A stretch of DNA of 64,000 bases from Acidobacteriota bacterium (GCA_963666215.2 CAXWPL010000005.1:736001-800000); one strand, 5' to 3'. Numbered from the stretch's first letter, positions 1 through 10,592 are shown. Notes: generated from the letters alone by a model not told the origin. Translations and numbers: made by a program.

Positions 1-146
1 CCAGCGACTCGCCCAGCCTATGGGGCTGTCGCGGTGTGGGCAAGATGCCCAAAGTGCAAAGGCGGCCGACTCTCCCCCGGTCGCCGCAGCGACGCCTAGT
101 GAGGTTCGACCAGCGGGCGGGGACGTGGTTGACCGAGCGGCACGCT

Positions 147-226
147 CTCAACCACTTCTCCGGCCCGATTGATCCACAGCTCGTGGCTCAACCACTTCTC
201 CGGCCCGATTGATCCACAGCTCGTGG
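147..226. repeat. Perfect 40-bp tandem duplication (2 copies) at the 3' end of the CRTAC1-like gene
   Basis: ctcaaccacttctccggcccgattgatccacagctcgtgg at 147-186 and 187-226. Confidence 0.95.
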
Positions 227-2100
227 TCGATCCGTGAGGCCAACTCGGTGCCCTCGACCACGGTCTGCTCGCCATCCGGCCACAGAATTCTCAGCTTCTC
301 GACCCGTGCCGGCGGTTCGGTGAGCGCGTCGGAGCCGCCGAGACCGAACGTGAGCGTGCTCTCGTGCTGCGACAAGTAAGAAGACCCAGAACGCACGCGG
401 CCACGCTGCACACCCCGCGACGTCTCCAGAGTCACAACAGCCCCGATTGCCGGGCTCCAGACGCCATCCTGACGCGCAGCGGGCGCCTGGGACGGGCCCG
501 GGGCGATCACCGGCAGCACTCGCAGCACGCTCGGTACAGCCGAGGACGGGTCGGAGGCCGAAGGACCGGCAGCGGGATCGATGTCACGGGGCGAATTCGT
601 CGCCGTCCATGGTGGGCGTGCGTCGCGCGTGGTGTTGCGCCACAGGTAGGCTGGCCCATCGTTGGTTGTCACAACAACATCGAGATCGCCGTCGCGATCG
701 AAGTCACCGTAGGCCGCACCGCGCCCCACGATGGGGCGAGCGAACGGCCCGCCGAGGCGTGTTCCCACCTCCTCCAGGCGCGGTGTGGAGCTTGCCGGCT
801 CAGCGCCGAGGTTGCGGAACAGGAGCGGCAGCTGCGGATAGGTAATGCTGGCCTCGACCTCGTTGATACGGTGTTCGATGTGGCCGTTGACGGCCAGGAT
901 GTCGAGCCATCCATCGAGGTCGTAGTCGAAGAAAAACAGACCGAAGGTCAGCGCGGAGAAGCTGCTGCGGCCCACGCCGGAGCGCGCTGCCACGTCCACG
1001 AACAGACCCCCGGGACGACGCTGAAAGAGGCCGATCATCTCCTTGCTGAAGTTGCCCACCACCAGCGCCGGTTCGCCCTCGCGCGCCAGGTCGCCGCTGT
1101 CGATACCCATGCCGGCGCGTGCCCTGCCGTTGGCATCGAACGCCACTCCGGAGAGCAAGCCCACCTCCAAGAAGGTGCCGTCACGCTGGTTTTCGAAGAG
1201 AAAATTGGGCTCCGTATCGTTCGCCACAGCCAAATCGGGCCAGCCATCGCCGTCGAAGTCGTCCACCGCGATGCCAAGCGACTTGCCACCCTCAGCGAAC
1301 AGACCCGCCTCCCGGGTAACGTCGGCAAATACCGTGCCGTCGTTGCGGTACAGCGCCGACGGCTCGCCCACATACGACTCAGGCGTGCAGTACGACTTAT
1401 TGCTGCCGTCGAGCGTGCACCAGATGTCCTCATCGGGGCTCCAGACCACGTAGTTCGCGACGTACAGGTCGAGGTCGCCGTCACGGTCGTAATCGAACCA
1501 CGCCGCCGAGGTCCCCCACCCCGGATGGTCGACGCCCATCGCCTCGGTGACGTCTTCGAATCGCACCACCCCGCCGTCGCCGACGTTGCGGAACAGTCGG
1601 TTGGCGCCGTAGGCCGTGACGTAGAGATCAACGCGACCGTCCCTGTCGAAGTCCGCAGGCGCCGCCCCGAACCCGTACAGAGAAACATCGAGCCCCGAGC
1701 CGGCGGTTATATTGACGAAGCCGCCCGCTTGGTCGTTGCGATACAGCTGCATCGTCGCTGCAAGCTGCTCGCTGTCGACGGCCTCCTCGTGACCAGGCCA
1801 AGCACCACTCTGGACGAACAAGAGGTCGAGCCATCGATCGCCATCAGCGTCGAACACCGCAACACCCGATCCGAGCGACTCCGGCATCCACTTGTCGCCG
1901 AAAGCACCGCTGACGTGCTCGAAGGCGATGCCGGCCTCTGCGGTCGCGTCGATGAACCCACTTCCGCCATCCGCCACCGCGTTGACCGGAGGCTGGGCTT
2001 GGCCCGCCGGCTGCCCGTTCTGAGCCCCGGCCGCACTGCACAGCACGGCGAGCGCGAGCACCGTCGCTACCCGGCTGAGCGCGCCGGTCTCGATGCTCAT
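148..2100 (-). CDS. CRTAC1/ASPIC-UnbV family FG-GAP repeat secreted protein
   Basis: Signal peptide; repeated DxDxDGxxD FG-GAP motifs (FDADGDRWLDL, DFDRDGRVDL, DYDRDGDLDL); C-terminal ASPIC/UnbV motif SGSSYLSQH..LTFGLG. Start uncertain (2100 or 2172). Confidence 0.85.
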   Translation of the reverse strand: MSIETGALSRVATVLALAVLCSAAGAQNGQPAGQAQPPVNAVADGGSGFIDATAEAGIAFEHVSGAFGDKWMPESLGSGVAVFDADGDRWLDLLFVQSGAWPGHEEAVDSEQLAATMQLYRNDQAGGFVNITAGSGLDVSLYGFGAAPADFDRDGRVDLYVTAYGANRLFRNVGDGGVVRFEDVTEAMGVDHPGWGTSAAWFDYDRDGDLDLYVANYVVWSPDEDIWCTLDGSNKSYCTPESYVGEPSALYRNDGTVFADVTREAGLFAEGGKSLGIAVDDFDGDGWPDLAVANDTEPNFLFENQRDGTFLEVGLLSGVAFDANGRARAGMGIDSGDLAREGEPALVVGNFSKEMIGLFQRRPGGLFVDVAARSGVGRSSFSALTFGLFFFDYDLDGWLDILAVNGHIEHRINEVEASITYPQLPLLFRNLGAEPASSTPRLEEVGTRLGGPFARPIVGRGAAYGDFDRDGDLDVVVTTNDGPAYLWRNTTRDARPPWTATNSPRDIDPAAGPSASDPSSAVPSVLRVLPVIAPGPSQAPAARQDGVWSPAIGAVVTLETSRGVQRGRVRSGSSYLSQHESTLTFGLGGSDALTEPPARVEKLRILWPDGEQTVVEGTELASRIDHELWINRAGEVVEPRAVDQSGRRSG

Positions 2101-2499
2101 CCGCACCGGCGAAATCTCAACCATTCGCTGCTCGCATTCGTTGCACGCAATAGCTGCACGGATCAACTGCACCTCGATCGAGAGCCCCCAACGCGGAAAC
2201 GCTAGCGGTAGCTGCCGTCGACGGCCCTACGCCGCCACGGCGCCATCGGCCCGGGGAATTCAGTGGGCGGTTTGGCGTAACGACCACCCTCGAGAAACTC
2301 GCTAGGAGGAAAGCGGTCCGCGGCGCTGAAGCGATCACCCGGCGCGGTCAGCGAATGCCGGTGAACCTGGGTCCAGGTACTCGACCCGACCATCTCGCGC
2401 GACCACGCTCGCGTCATCCGCGAGGGTGACGAATTCGTCATCGAGGACCTCGGCAGCACGCACGGTACGTACGTAAACCAGGAACGAATCGACCGCCGC

Positions 2500-3951
2500 G
2501 TGCTGGCGCCCAACGACAAGATCCGCCTCGGGGGCGCCATGAGCCACATCATGACGTTCCGCAGCGGCGACGAGTTCACCATGATGGTGGGCACCACCGG
2601 AAAAGTAACCGCCGCCGGTGTCGTCACGAGCACGCCGCACACGCGTGGCAGCTCGGTGAACGTCGCGGCTCTCCTCGAGATCAGCAAGGCACTCAACTCG
2701 TCGCTGCGCCTCAAGGACGTGCTCGAGAAGGTGATCGACGCCGTGATGGCTCTCACCAAAGCCGAGCGCGGGCTCCTGCTCCTCGGCAGGAGCGCAGACG
2801 CGCTCAACATCGAGGTGCGGCGCGGTGAAGAGGGCACGGGTAACGAGTCGCAGTTCAGCAGGAGCGTTGTGGGCGCTGTGTTCGAGACCGGCGAGGCACA
2901 AATCCTCACTGATATCGCCGGAGACGAGCGCTTCAACGCGCAGCAGAGCATCGTGGGCTTGCAGTTGCGTACGGTGATGTGCGTTCCGCTGCGCCTGAGT
3001 CACTTCGGCCAGGACATCGAGGACGACGACCTAGAGCCGTACCAAACCGACGCGAGCAACCCGGGGGCCGGCGCCAACAAGACGCGCATCCTCGGCGTTG
3101 TCTACGTCGACCGTCGATCGCCCACCAACTACTTCAACGACGAGGATCTTCAGGTCTTCGAGTCGATGACCGGCCACGCGGCGATCGCCATCGACAACGC
3201 CCGTCTCTATGAGGAGGCGCTCGAGAAACGACGGCTGGACGAGGACCTGCAGGTCGCCAGCCGAATTCAGCAGAGCCTGCTGCTGTCGGATTTCCCCGAC
3301 CTGCCGTGGGCCGACGTGCACGCGATGAACCTGGCGGCACGCGTTGTCGGAGGCGACTACTACGAGTTCTTCGATGCACCGAGCGGAGCCCTCGGCTTCG
3401 CCGTGGGTGATGTTTCGGGCAAGGGCTTCCCGGCCGCCATGTTGATGAGCACCTTGCAGGCGGCTTTCCTGGCGGCCGCTTCAACCAGCGAAGATCTCGC
3501 GGCGATCTGCGCCCAGCTCAACCAGTTCGTCGTCAAACGTACCTCGCCCGAGCGCTACGCGACGTTTTTTGTTGGACTGCTCAGCGAAGACGGCCACGTG
3601 CGCTACGTCAACTGCGGCCACAACCCGGCGATCCATCTGAGCTCCGCGGAGCCCGCGACACTCATGGGCGGCGGGCTACCGATCGGCCTCTTCCCCGATC
3701 GCACGTACGAGGTTCAGGAGCTGCAACTGGCGCGCGGCGACACGCTGGTAGTTTTTTCTGACGGAGTGACGGAGGCGAACGATCCCGAGGAGAACGAGCT
3801 CGGCGACGAAAGGCTCACCCGGGTGGTGGTGGCGAATAGGAACGAATCCGCCGAGCGTATGGTCAAGGCGGTGTTCGACGACGTCCACGAGTTCGCTGCC
3901 GGCGCTCCGCAGCACGACGACGTCACCATGATGATCATCAAGTACGGCTAG
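2500..3951 (+). CDS. (Partial FHA)-GAF-PP2C/SpoIIE (RsbU-like) Ser/Thr phosphatase
   Basis: VGGDYY, VGDVSGKG, FSDGVTE and HDDVT PP2C motifs; GAF domain; in-frame FHA C-half (ISRDHA..EDLGSTHGTYVN) from 2365, preceded by in-frame TGA at 2362. Confidence 0.85.
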   Translation: MLAPNDKIRLGGAMSHIMTFRSGDEFTMMVGTTGKVTAAGVVTSTPHTRGSSVNVAALLEISKALNSSLRLKDVLEKVIDAVMALTKAERGLLLLGRSADALNIEVRRGEEGTGNESQFSRSVVGAVFETGEAQILTDIAGDERFNAQQSIVGLQLRTVMCVPLRLSHFGQDIEDDDLEPYQTDASNPGAGANKTRILGVVYVDRRSPTNYFNDEDLQVFESMTGHAAIAIDNARLYEEALEKRRLDEDLQVASRIQQSLLLSDFPDLPWADVHAMNLAARVVGGDYYEFFDAPSGALGFAVGDVSGKGFPAAMLMSTLQAAFLAAASTSEDLAAICAQLNQFVVKRTSPERYATFFVGLLSEDGHVRYVNCGHNPAIHLSSAEPATLMGGGLPIGLFPDRTYEVQELQLARGDTLVVFSDGVTEANDPEENELGDERLTRVVVANRNESAERMVKAVFDDVHEFAAGAPQHDDVTMMIIKYG

Positions 3952-4037
3952 GAGTCGTCCGGGAATCGGACCGCCCTGGCGAGCTGGAGGCTGGCAAAAA
4001 CGGCGCGCTGGCCTCGCAATTTGGCGGCTTCAGACCT

Positions 4038-5438
4038 CTACCGCGACGCCGCGCTGCGGGTGAACCACGCACCGCCCTGTCCCGCGAAGCTCTCTCCCGC
4101 ACCCCAGACGATGTGGTTGCGACCGTCCGACCCGACCTCGAGGCCGAGGTAGTCGCCGTACGGAAACAGGAAACCGCGGGCCCGTTTGTAGGGTGCGCCC
4201 GAGCCCTGGTCGGAGAGCCGCACCGCCCGACTCCAGTGCTTGCCCGCATCGCTGGTCTCGCGATACCAGGCGTTCCAGGCCTCGGTCGGCGCCTTGCGAT
4301 CGTCGACCCAGACCACCCGAAAGTCGCCCGACTCTTGCCCTGCCGCCAGGGCCGGGAAAGCATTGTTGACCCCGCTCGCGGCAACCGAAAGACGTTGTGC
4401 CCGGCTCCATTTGCGACCGTTGGTGGAAGTGCGGAACCACAGCTGCTGCGCCGCACCGGCCGTCTCGCTGGCGTGGTAGACCACCATGACCGTACCCGCA
4501 GCGTCGACCGCCAGGGCAACCGAGGGGCCCAGGTATCCGAAGTAGCAACCCTTTGCCCATTCGCAACCTGGCGCCTCGGCCGATGTGTCCACCCGAGTTG
4601 CCCGCCAGCTCGCTCCCCGGTCCCGCGAGCGCAGCACCGAGATGTGCGAAGCGCCGCTGTAGTCGGAGCGGAAGTCGGTGGCGCCCACGTAGAGCGTGCC
4701 GTCGGGGGCCACCGCCGCCGCGCTGTGGAACCAATACCGCTGCCCATGATCGGTGCGCACCGGAGGAAGAAACGTCACCCCGCCATCGTGTGATGCGGCG
4801 ATCAAGCTTCGCCTGGCGTTGAAAGCCACGTAGACATCGCGGCCGTCAGGCGAAACGAACAGGATCGGCCGATCCGACCAGTCGAGGTCGAACGCTGGAT
4901 ACGCCGGCGAGCTCCACGTGCGACCACCGTCGGTCGACCTGACAACGGCCACACCCGGTCGCCAGTCGTGGAGGTAAGCGACAAAAACCGCGCCGTTCTC
5001 GGCAACTCGAACCTGGGCGTCGCCTTGAGTCCCGGAAGAAAGGTCGACGTAGACGTCAGGACCCCAGGTCGCGCCGCCGTCGTCCGACCGCCGCACCACC
5101 ACCGCAGGATCGGCGCAGCCCTCGCAAGCGGGTACGCCGTAGCGCGTCACAGCTTGGTAAACACGCTCGGAAGAAGGGTCGGCGGCGACAACCGGCTCCC
5201 AGTCGATATGCTCACTCCAGAGCCGCTCTGAATCCCAGCCGGCGGAGCCCGATACCGGCGAAACCTGTACATCAAACGGGAAGTGAACGGCAGTCATCGC
5301 GGCGCGCGCGCGCACCGAGCGACCCTCCTCGTAGGGTCGCCCCGAGCCGCTGCCAGGCGCAGGCTCGCCTTCGAGAGCCGACGTGCCGCAGGCCGTGAGC
5401 AGCGGCAACAGGACGATTCCGAGACGTGCGCGACGCAT
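4038..5438 (-). CDS. Sialidase/BNR (Asp-box) repeat lipoprotein
   Basis: Lipobox LTAC; multiple SxDGGxTW Asp-boxes (SDDGGATW, STDGGRTW, SHDGGVTF, SRDRGASW). Confidence 0.75.
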   Translation of the reverse strand: MRRARLGIVLLPLLTACGTSALEGEPAPGSGSGRPYEEGRSVRARAAMTAVHFPFDVQVSPVSGSAGWDSERLWSEHIDWEPVVAADPSSERVYQAVTRYGVPACEGCADPAVVVRRSDDGGATWGPDVYVDLSSGTQGDAQVRVAENGAVFVAYLHDWRPGVAVVRSTDGGRTWSSPAYPAFDLDWSDRPILFVSPDGRDVYVAFNARRSLIAASHDGGVTFLPPVRTDHGQRYWFHSAAAVAPDGTLYVGATDFRSDYSGASHISVLRSRDRGASWRATRVDTSAEAPGCEWAKGCYFGYLGPSVALAVDAAGTVMVVYHASETAGAAQQLWFRTSTNGRKWSRAQRLSVAASGVNNAFPALAAGQESGDFRVVWVDDRKAPTEAWNAWYRETSDAGKHWSRAVRLSDQGSGAPYKRARGFLFPYGDYLGLEVGSDGRNHIVWGAGESFAGQGGAWFTRSAASR

Positions 5439-5542
5439 AGCGACTAGGTTAGCGGTCGGCGTCGTCGGCGGCGAGGCCTCTCCAGGATGACACTCGGCGG
5501 GTAGCTGCGGTTGTTGACGAACGACGAGGGCTACCCGGTAGG

Positions 5543-6377
5543 ATGGGGCCTATGAAGTTTGACCTGCGGTACGCGTTCCTGGTGTCGGCCGTGATCCACG
5601 CCGTGTTTCTGCAGGCCCTTGGTGGCGCTCTGGCATCGCGTCCCCAACCCGTTGCGGACGCCGGCAGTGAGACGCTGCGCCTGGTCTTCAACCTGGTCGA
5701 CCCGGTCGATTTCGACCCGACGCGGTTCGCGGATCACACGACTCGTCCCGATTCACTCGCCAACGACCGCGGCGAGGGCGCCAGCGCAACCGACGGGAAT
5801 GAGACCGCGGCGAGGGCAGCAAGTCCGGGGAACTCAACGGATCTTGCGGAATCCGCGGATTTCCGCGGAATCCGCAGACGGGGGCCGTGACGACACGCGG
5901 GAGAGCTGGCTGCAGCGGCGCGAGGCACGTGTTCGCGAGAGCATTGAGAGTCTGGCAACGCAGATCGGGATCGAGCTACCGCCGGCCGACCTGGCCACGA
6001 TGCAGCTAGCCTTCCCTGCCCTCTACCGCTTTGCGCGAGCCGAGACGGTGCCCAGCGCAGCCACGTACCGAGAGCTTCTCCGCACCTACATCGACCTGCG
6101 CATGGGCTACCCGCACGCCGTTCTCCCCGACCTACAACGTAACGAGCTCCAGCGCTTCCTTGGTGAGCTCATCGTCCGCGTCGACATTGACGGACAGTTC
6201 CACTTCGTGGGCTTCCAGCTCCATGCCGAAGTCAGCGACCCCACCGGTCGCATCGGGCGACACTATCGTGCTGCACTGACACATGCGGCAGCCGAGCCGT
6301 TCGTACCGCCGCACAAGGCCGATCTGGCGGCACCGCACTACCTCGAATATCGCCTGCTCAATCCGCTCTACCGCTGA
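5543..6377 (+). pseudogene. Membrane-anchored hypothetical protein (TonB/TolA-like N-terminal helix), frameshifted near 5860
   Basis: ORF 5543-5890 has TM AFLVSAVIHAVFL; removing one T in gatttcc (~5860) joins it to the protein-like part of ORF 5619-6377. Confidence 0.5.
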
Positions 6378-6418
6378 GCTCACAACACCACCGCTCGAGC
6401 CGCGGCGAATCGACGACT

Positions 6419-7258
6419 TCAGTCGCGGAGAATCGGCCGCGTCAGGCAGGTGGCGCCGCCCTCCGCCTTCACCGAGATCTCGTCCCCGGTGTAGGTCCGG
6501 ACCTCGCACCCGACCGCCTCGAGCCGCCGCTGCGTTACCGGATTGCCCGCGAGCATGACGCAGCGCCGCGGCGAGAGGGCCAGGACGTTGGGCCCGAGCG
6601 AAGAGAGCTCTTCTTCGGGCACCGGCACGATGTGGATGCCCTGATCGCGAAGCTTGCTCCAGAACGGCACCGGCAAGAGCGGCTCGTAGGCGACCGCGAG
6701 GTTGTCGTCCACCATGCTCACCAGCGACATCAGGTGCAGACACGCCACCTCACCACTGGCGTACGGCAGCTGTACGGGTACGAGGTCGACGTCCGTGCCG
6801 TCGAACGCCGTTCTCAGCTGTCGCAAGCCCTCGGCGTTCGTTCGAAAGCCTTGCCCGACGGCCAGAGTGTGGCGATCGAGCCAAAGCAGATCGCCGCCTT
6901 CGGCCGTGGCTTCGCCGCGCAGGCGGGCGTGAATCGGAACCCCGGCTGCCTCTAGGGCCTCGCCAATCGCATTCTCCTCGCCGCGGCGCAGCGCCTTCCC
7001 CATTCGCAGCAGGATCGCGCCTTGATTGCCCACGATCACCGGATCGTGAACGAACTGAGCGTCCGCGGCGCCTTCAATGTGAGTGTCGTGCTCGATAACC
7101 TCGCAACCAGCGCTCGCAACAATCTCCACGAATGCGGCGTGCTCGGCGCGAGCACGTCCCAGGTCGGGAGCGCCGGCGTAATGCCAGCGTTCGGGATCCG
7201 CGGCGCCAAACGCCGCGCTCGGGGCTCGCACCAGGACGCGCCGTAGCGCGCCGACCAT
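6419..7258 (-). CDS. Amidinotransferase / dimethylargininase (DDAH)-arginine deiminase family protein
   Basis: FVHDP, EGGDL, LHL and C-terminal GGATCLT motifs. Confidence 0.85.
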   Translation of the reverse strand: MVGALRRVLVRAPSAAFGAADPERWHYAGAPDLGRARAEHAAFVEIVASAGCEVIEHDTHIEGAADAQFVHDPVIVGNQGAILLRMGKALRRGEENAIGEALEAAGVPIHARLRGEATAEGGDLLWLDRHTLAVGQGFRTNAEGLRQLRTAFDGTDVDLVPVQLPYASGEVACLHLMSLVSMVDDNLAVAYEPLLPVPFWSKLRDQGIHIVPVPEEELSSLGPNVLALSPRRCVMLAGNPVTQRRLEAVGCEVRTYTGDEISVKAEGGATCLTRPILRD

Positions 7259-7326
7259 GCTCTGGCACCCGAATCGGCGCGCGGAGTGGGCCGGCGGCGG
7301 TAGAACCGCCCCCGGCTGGAGGGCGC

Positions 7327-8277
7327 TCAGCTCGCGATCCCCATGGAGAGGGGATCCTCCCGACCTACGAGCAAAGTCGCTTCGGCCGTGATCCAGGCAC
7401 GGCCGGTGAGCGTCGGTATCACGCCGTTGCCGTCAGGAACGACACGGTAGGAGCCCTCGAACTGGCTGCCGATGATGCTCTCTTGGTGCCACGTCTGCCC
7501 TTCGGCGAGCTTCCCGTCGGCCGCCAAACAGGCGATCTTGGCAGCAGTGCCCGTGCCACAGGGCGAGCGATCGTACGCATTGCCCGGACACAGCACGAAG
7601 TTCTTGCTGTCGGCGCCGTCGCGCTCCGGCAACCCGAAGATCTCGACGTGATCCACCTCGGCCCCCTCGTCGCCACGAATGCCGGAACGCCGCAACGCCT
7701 GCCGAACGTCGACCGCAAAGGCGGTGAGATCGGTGAGCCGCCGACTGCTCACCACCTGCTCTGGCTCGTTCACGAGAAAGAACCAGTTGCCACCGTAGGC
7801 GACGTCCCCTTTTACCGTCCCATGGTGTGAGGTCGCAACGGAGACGTTTTCGATCAGCCTGTAGCTGCGAACGTTCTCCACCGACACCGCGCCGCCAGTG
7901 TGAAGCTCGACCGCGACGTCACCCACCGGAGTCTCGAAACGATGCCGGCCGAGCTGCAGGCGCCCGAGGTGAGCGAGCGTCACCGTCGCCCCGATCGTGC
8001 CGTGCACGCACATGCCCAGATAGCCGACGTTATTGAAAAAAATCAGCTGCGCCGCCGACTCGGAGCTCAACGGCTCGCCCACGAGCGTCCCCACCATCGC
8101 ATCGTGCCCGCGCGGCTCGTTCACCACACACGACCGGAAGTTGTCGTGCTCTCGCCGCAACCGTTCGAGACGGTCGGCCGCACTACCGCCGCCCAGGTCG
8201 GGAGCGCCGTCCACGACGACGCGCGTCGGCTCCCCCTCGGTATGCGAGTCGATGATTGTGATTCGCGTGTGCTCCAT
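7327..8277 (-). CDS. Proline racemase family, probable 4-hydroxyproline 2-epimerase
   Basis: IDSHTEGEPTR, EPRGH, MCVHG and DRSPCGTG catalytic Cys motifs. Confidence 0.9.
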   Translation of the reverse strand: MEHTRITIIDSHTEGEPTRVVVDGAPDLGGGSAADRLERLRREHDNFRSCVVNEPRGHDAMVGTLVGEPLSSESAAQLIFFNNVGYLGMCVHGTIGATVTLAHLGRLQLGRHRFETPVGDVAVELHTGGAVSVENVRSYRLIENVSVATSHHGTVKGDVAYGGNWFFLVNEPEQVVSSRRLTDLTAFAVDVRQALRRSGIRGDEGAEVDHVEIFGLPERDGADSKNFVLCPGNAYDRSPCGTGTAAKIACLAADGKLAEGQTWHQESIIGSQFEGSYRVVPDGNGVIPTLTGRAWITAEATLLVGREDPLSMGIAS

Positions 8278-8612
8278 CGCTATCCGCCGGGCCGCGGGCG
8301 CCTCCCACTCAAGAAGCGCCCGAACATATCATGGTCACCGGGACGGGAGACCTCGGCGACGCCGCCCACACAGCCAAGCCGCGTCGTATCTGAGCGCTAG
8401 AGCGGTCTCTGTCCGCCGCGTGGTTCGGGGTCGAGACGGTCGATGCCGGCGGCTAACCACGGACCACGTCCAAGAAGTCCGCCAACAGCGCGGGTAGAAA
8501 CCGCCGTGCGCCGACTCGCACTCTTGTGTGACAGGCGACTATCCTGGAGCGAACCGCGATCGGCGGTCTCCAACCGCAGCCTCTGCCACCGCCACGCCCC
8601 TTCGAGGCACCC

Positions 8613-9092
8613 ATGCGCAAGCTCGCTCGCACCGTTCTACCCGCGCTGCTCGTCGGCTCGCTGGCCGCAACCGGCTGCGGCGGCTTTCACGGCCTCACCA
8701 AGCCCGACGTTGCCGTCGTGGGACTCCGAATCACCGACGTCAACGCCCTCGCCTCGACGGCCATCTTCGAGGTCAAGATCGACAACCCGAACCCGCAACC
8801 GGTCTACCTCGAGGGCTCGGTCCACCGCGTGAAGCTCAACAGCAAGGACATCGGTCGCGGCCTTATCGGTGAGCCCATGGAGCTCGAGCCGTTCGGCACG
8901 CTGACGGTCCCGGTCGAGATCAGTTTCTCGAACCTGCGAGTGGCCGACCGCTTGCGGACAATGATCGAGCGTCGCCGGATGGACTACGAGGTCAAGAGCG
9001 AGCTTCATGCAGTGATCGATGGCGAGCGTGCCAAGGCCAAAGTGTCGAAGAAGGGCCGTCTCGATCTCGATGGGCTCGTGCGAACTCGTTAG
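8613..9092 (+). CDS. LEA type 2 / WHy domain lipoprotein
   Basis: Lipobox ATGC; IDNPNP WHy motif. Confidence 0.8.
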   Translation: MRKLARTVLPALLVGSLAATGCGGFHGLTKPDVAVVGLRITDVNALASTAIFEVKIDNPNPQPVYLEGSVHRVKLNSKDIGRGLIGEPMELEPFGTLTVPVEISFSNLRVADRLRTMIERRRMDYEVKSELHAVIDGERAKAKVSKKGRLDLDGLVRTR

Positions 9093-9156
9093 TACGGGGC
9101 GCCGGCAAATTGACAAGGATCTCTGCGCAGATCCCTTCGGGGTGGCGGCCCGCGCT

Positions 9157-9558
9157 GTGAGCAACACGGACACCTCGGAGCTCCCCGAAGCGACGATCGA
9201 GCTGCCCATCGACGGCACGCTGGATCTGCACGCCTTCGCGCCCGGCGACGCCGCCGCGCTCGTCGGCGACTACCTCGACGAGTGCCGAAGCCGGCGGATT
9301 CTCGAGGTCCGCATCATCCACGGCAAAGGAATCGGCACGCTGCGTCGCATCGTGCATGCCGCTCTCGAGAGGCGCGACGACGTCGCCGCCTACAGGCTCG
9401 CTGGCGATGCCTCGAGTTGGGGCGCTACCCTCGTCAGTCTTGTCGAGCCTGATCCCGATATCTCTGATCAGAGCGATACGCCCGATCAGCCTGATCAGCC
9501 CGATCAAACGGCTCGGCCCGACCCCCTCTCCACCATCGGCCGAGGAGGCCCCACATGA
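9157..9558 (+). CDS. Smr/MutS2 domain protein
   Basis: LDLH, IIHGKG and WGAT Smr motifs; PDQ-repeat tail. Confidence 0.85.
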   Translation: MSNTDTSELPEATIELPIDGTLDLHAFAPGDAAALVGDYLDECRSRRILEVRIIHGKGIGTLRRIVHAALERRDDVAAYRLAGDASSWGATLVSLVEPDPDISDQSDTPDQPDQPDQTARPDPLSTIGRGGPT

Positions 9559-10592
9559 ACCTGCCGCGCACGCTCCTCTCCAGCACGCCGAGGCGCGGCC
9601 TCCGCGCACTCCTGGGCCTGCTTGTTGTGTCGCTCGCCGGCTGCGCTACCACGGCCACGCCCGCGTCCCCGAGCTCGGTCGACCGCGCTGCGCCACCAAC
9701 ACCCGTATCGAGCGACCGCGGTGAGCCGGAGGCCGTGTCGCTGCTCGGCGTCGAGCTGTTTCGGCCGCAGCTCTCGGAGCAGCGCCGCAGCCAGCTCGAG
9801 GCAAATCTCGCGGCCGCTCGCGCCGACTACGACGCCGACCCGAGCGCCGAGGAGAACATCATTTGGCTGGGCCGCCGAACGGCGTACCTGAGCCGCTATC
9901 GCCAAGCCATCGAGATCTACTCGGCCGGCCTCGACCAGCACCCCGACTCGTTCAGGTTGCTGCGCCACCGCGGCCATCGCTACATCTCGGTCCGTCGCTT
10001 CGACGATGCCATCGCCGATCTGTCGCGAGCCGCCGCGTTGCTCGAGAGCACAGACGACGAGATCGAAGCCGACGGCGTCCCGAACAGCATCAACACGCCG
10101 CTCTCCACGACGCAGTTCAACATCTGGTACCACTTGGGCCTAGCGCACTACCTGAAGGGCGAGTTCGAGGAGGCGCTGGCAGCCTACCGGCGCTGCCTCG
10201 AGGTATCGACGAACTCTGACCTGCTCGTGGCGACGAGCGACTGGATGTACATGACGCTGCGCCGCCTGGGCCGCGACACCGCTAGAGAAGCCGCCGCTCT
10301 GCTCGAGCCCATCACCGCCGACCTCGCGATCGTCGAGAACGACGCTTACCACCGGCGCCTGCTGATGTACAAAGGCGAAATCGCCCCAGATGATCTGCTC
10401 GACCTGCGCGCCGTCGACGACCCCGATCAGGCGCTCGCCATCGCCACGCAGGGTTACGGCGTGGGCAACTGGTACCTGGTCAACGGCCAGACGGCACGCG
10501 CCCTCGACGTCTTCGAGGCCATCGTCGAGGGGACGAGCTGGGCCGCCTTCGGCTACATCGCCGCGGAAGCCGATTTGGCCCGCTTGCGCTAG
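9555..10592 (+). CDS. Tetratricopeptide-repeat lipoprotein
   Basis: Lipobox LAGC; TPR helices (WYHLGLAHYLKGEFEEALAAYRRCL). Confidence 0.8.
   Translation: MNLPRTLLSSTPRRGLRALLGLLVVSLAGCATTATPASPSSVDRAAPPTPVSSDRGEPEAVSLLGVELFRPQLSEQRRSQLEANLAAARADYDADPSAEENIIWLGRRTAYLSRYRQAIEIYSAGLDQHPDSFRLLRHRGHRYISVRRFDDAIADLSRAAALLESTDDEIEADGVPNSINTPLSTTQFNIWYHLGLAHYLKGEFEEALAAYRRCLEVSTNSDLLVATSDWMYMTLRRLGRDTAREAAALLEPITADLAIVENDAYHRRLLMYKGEIAPDDLLDLRAVDDPDQALAIATQGYGVGNWYLVNGQTARALDVFEAIVEGTSWAAFGYIAAEADLARLR

Noticed and set aside
364-2205. Long antisense ORFs (e.g. 364-2205, 19316-20578, 57974-59461, 60328-61719)
   Set aside because: Shadow ORFs opposite well-supported genes; expected in high-GC DNA; no motifs.
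2362-2364. TGA upstream of the FHA half as a second selenocysteine codon
   Set aside because: Not at a Cys-conserved position, and the in-frame upstream sequence is not FHA-like and has another stop.
9447-9507. 9-bp PDQ-coding repeats in the Smr tail
   Set aside because: Ordinary low-complexity tail.
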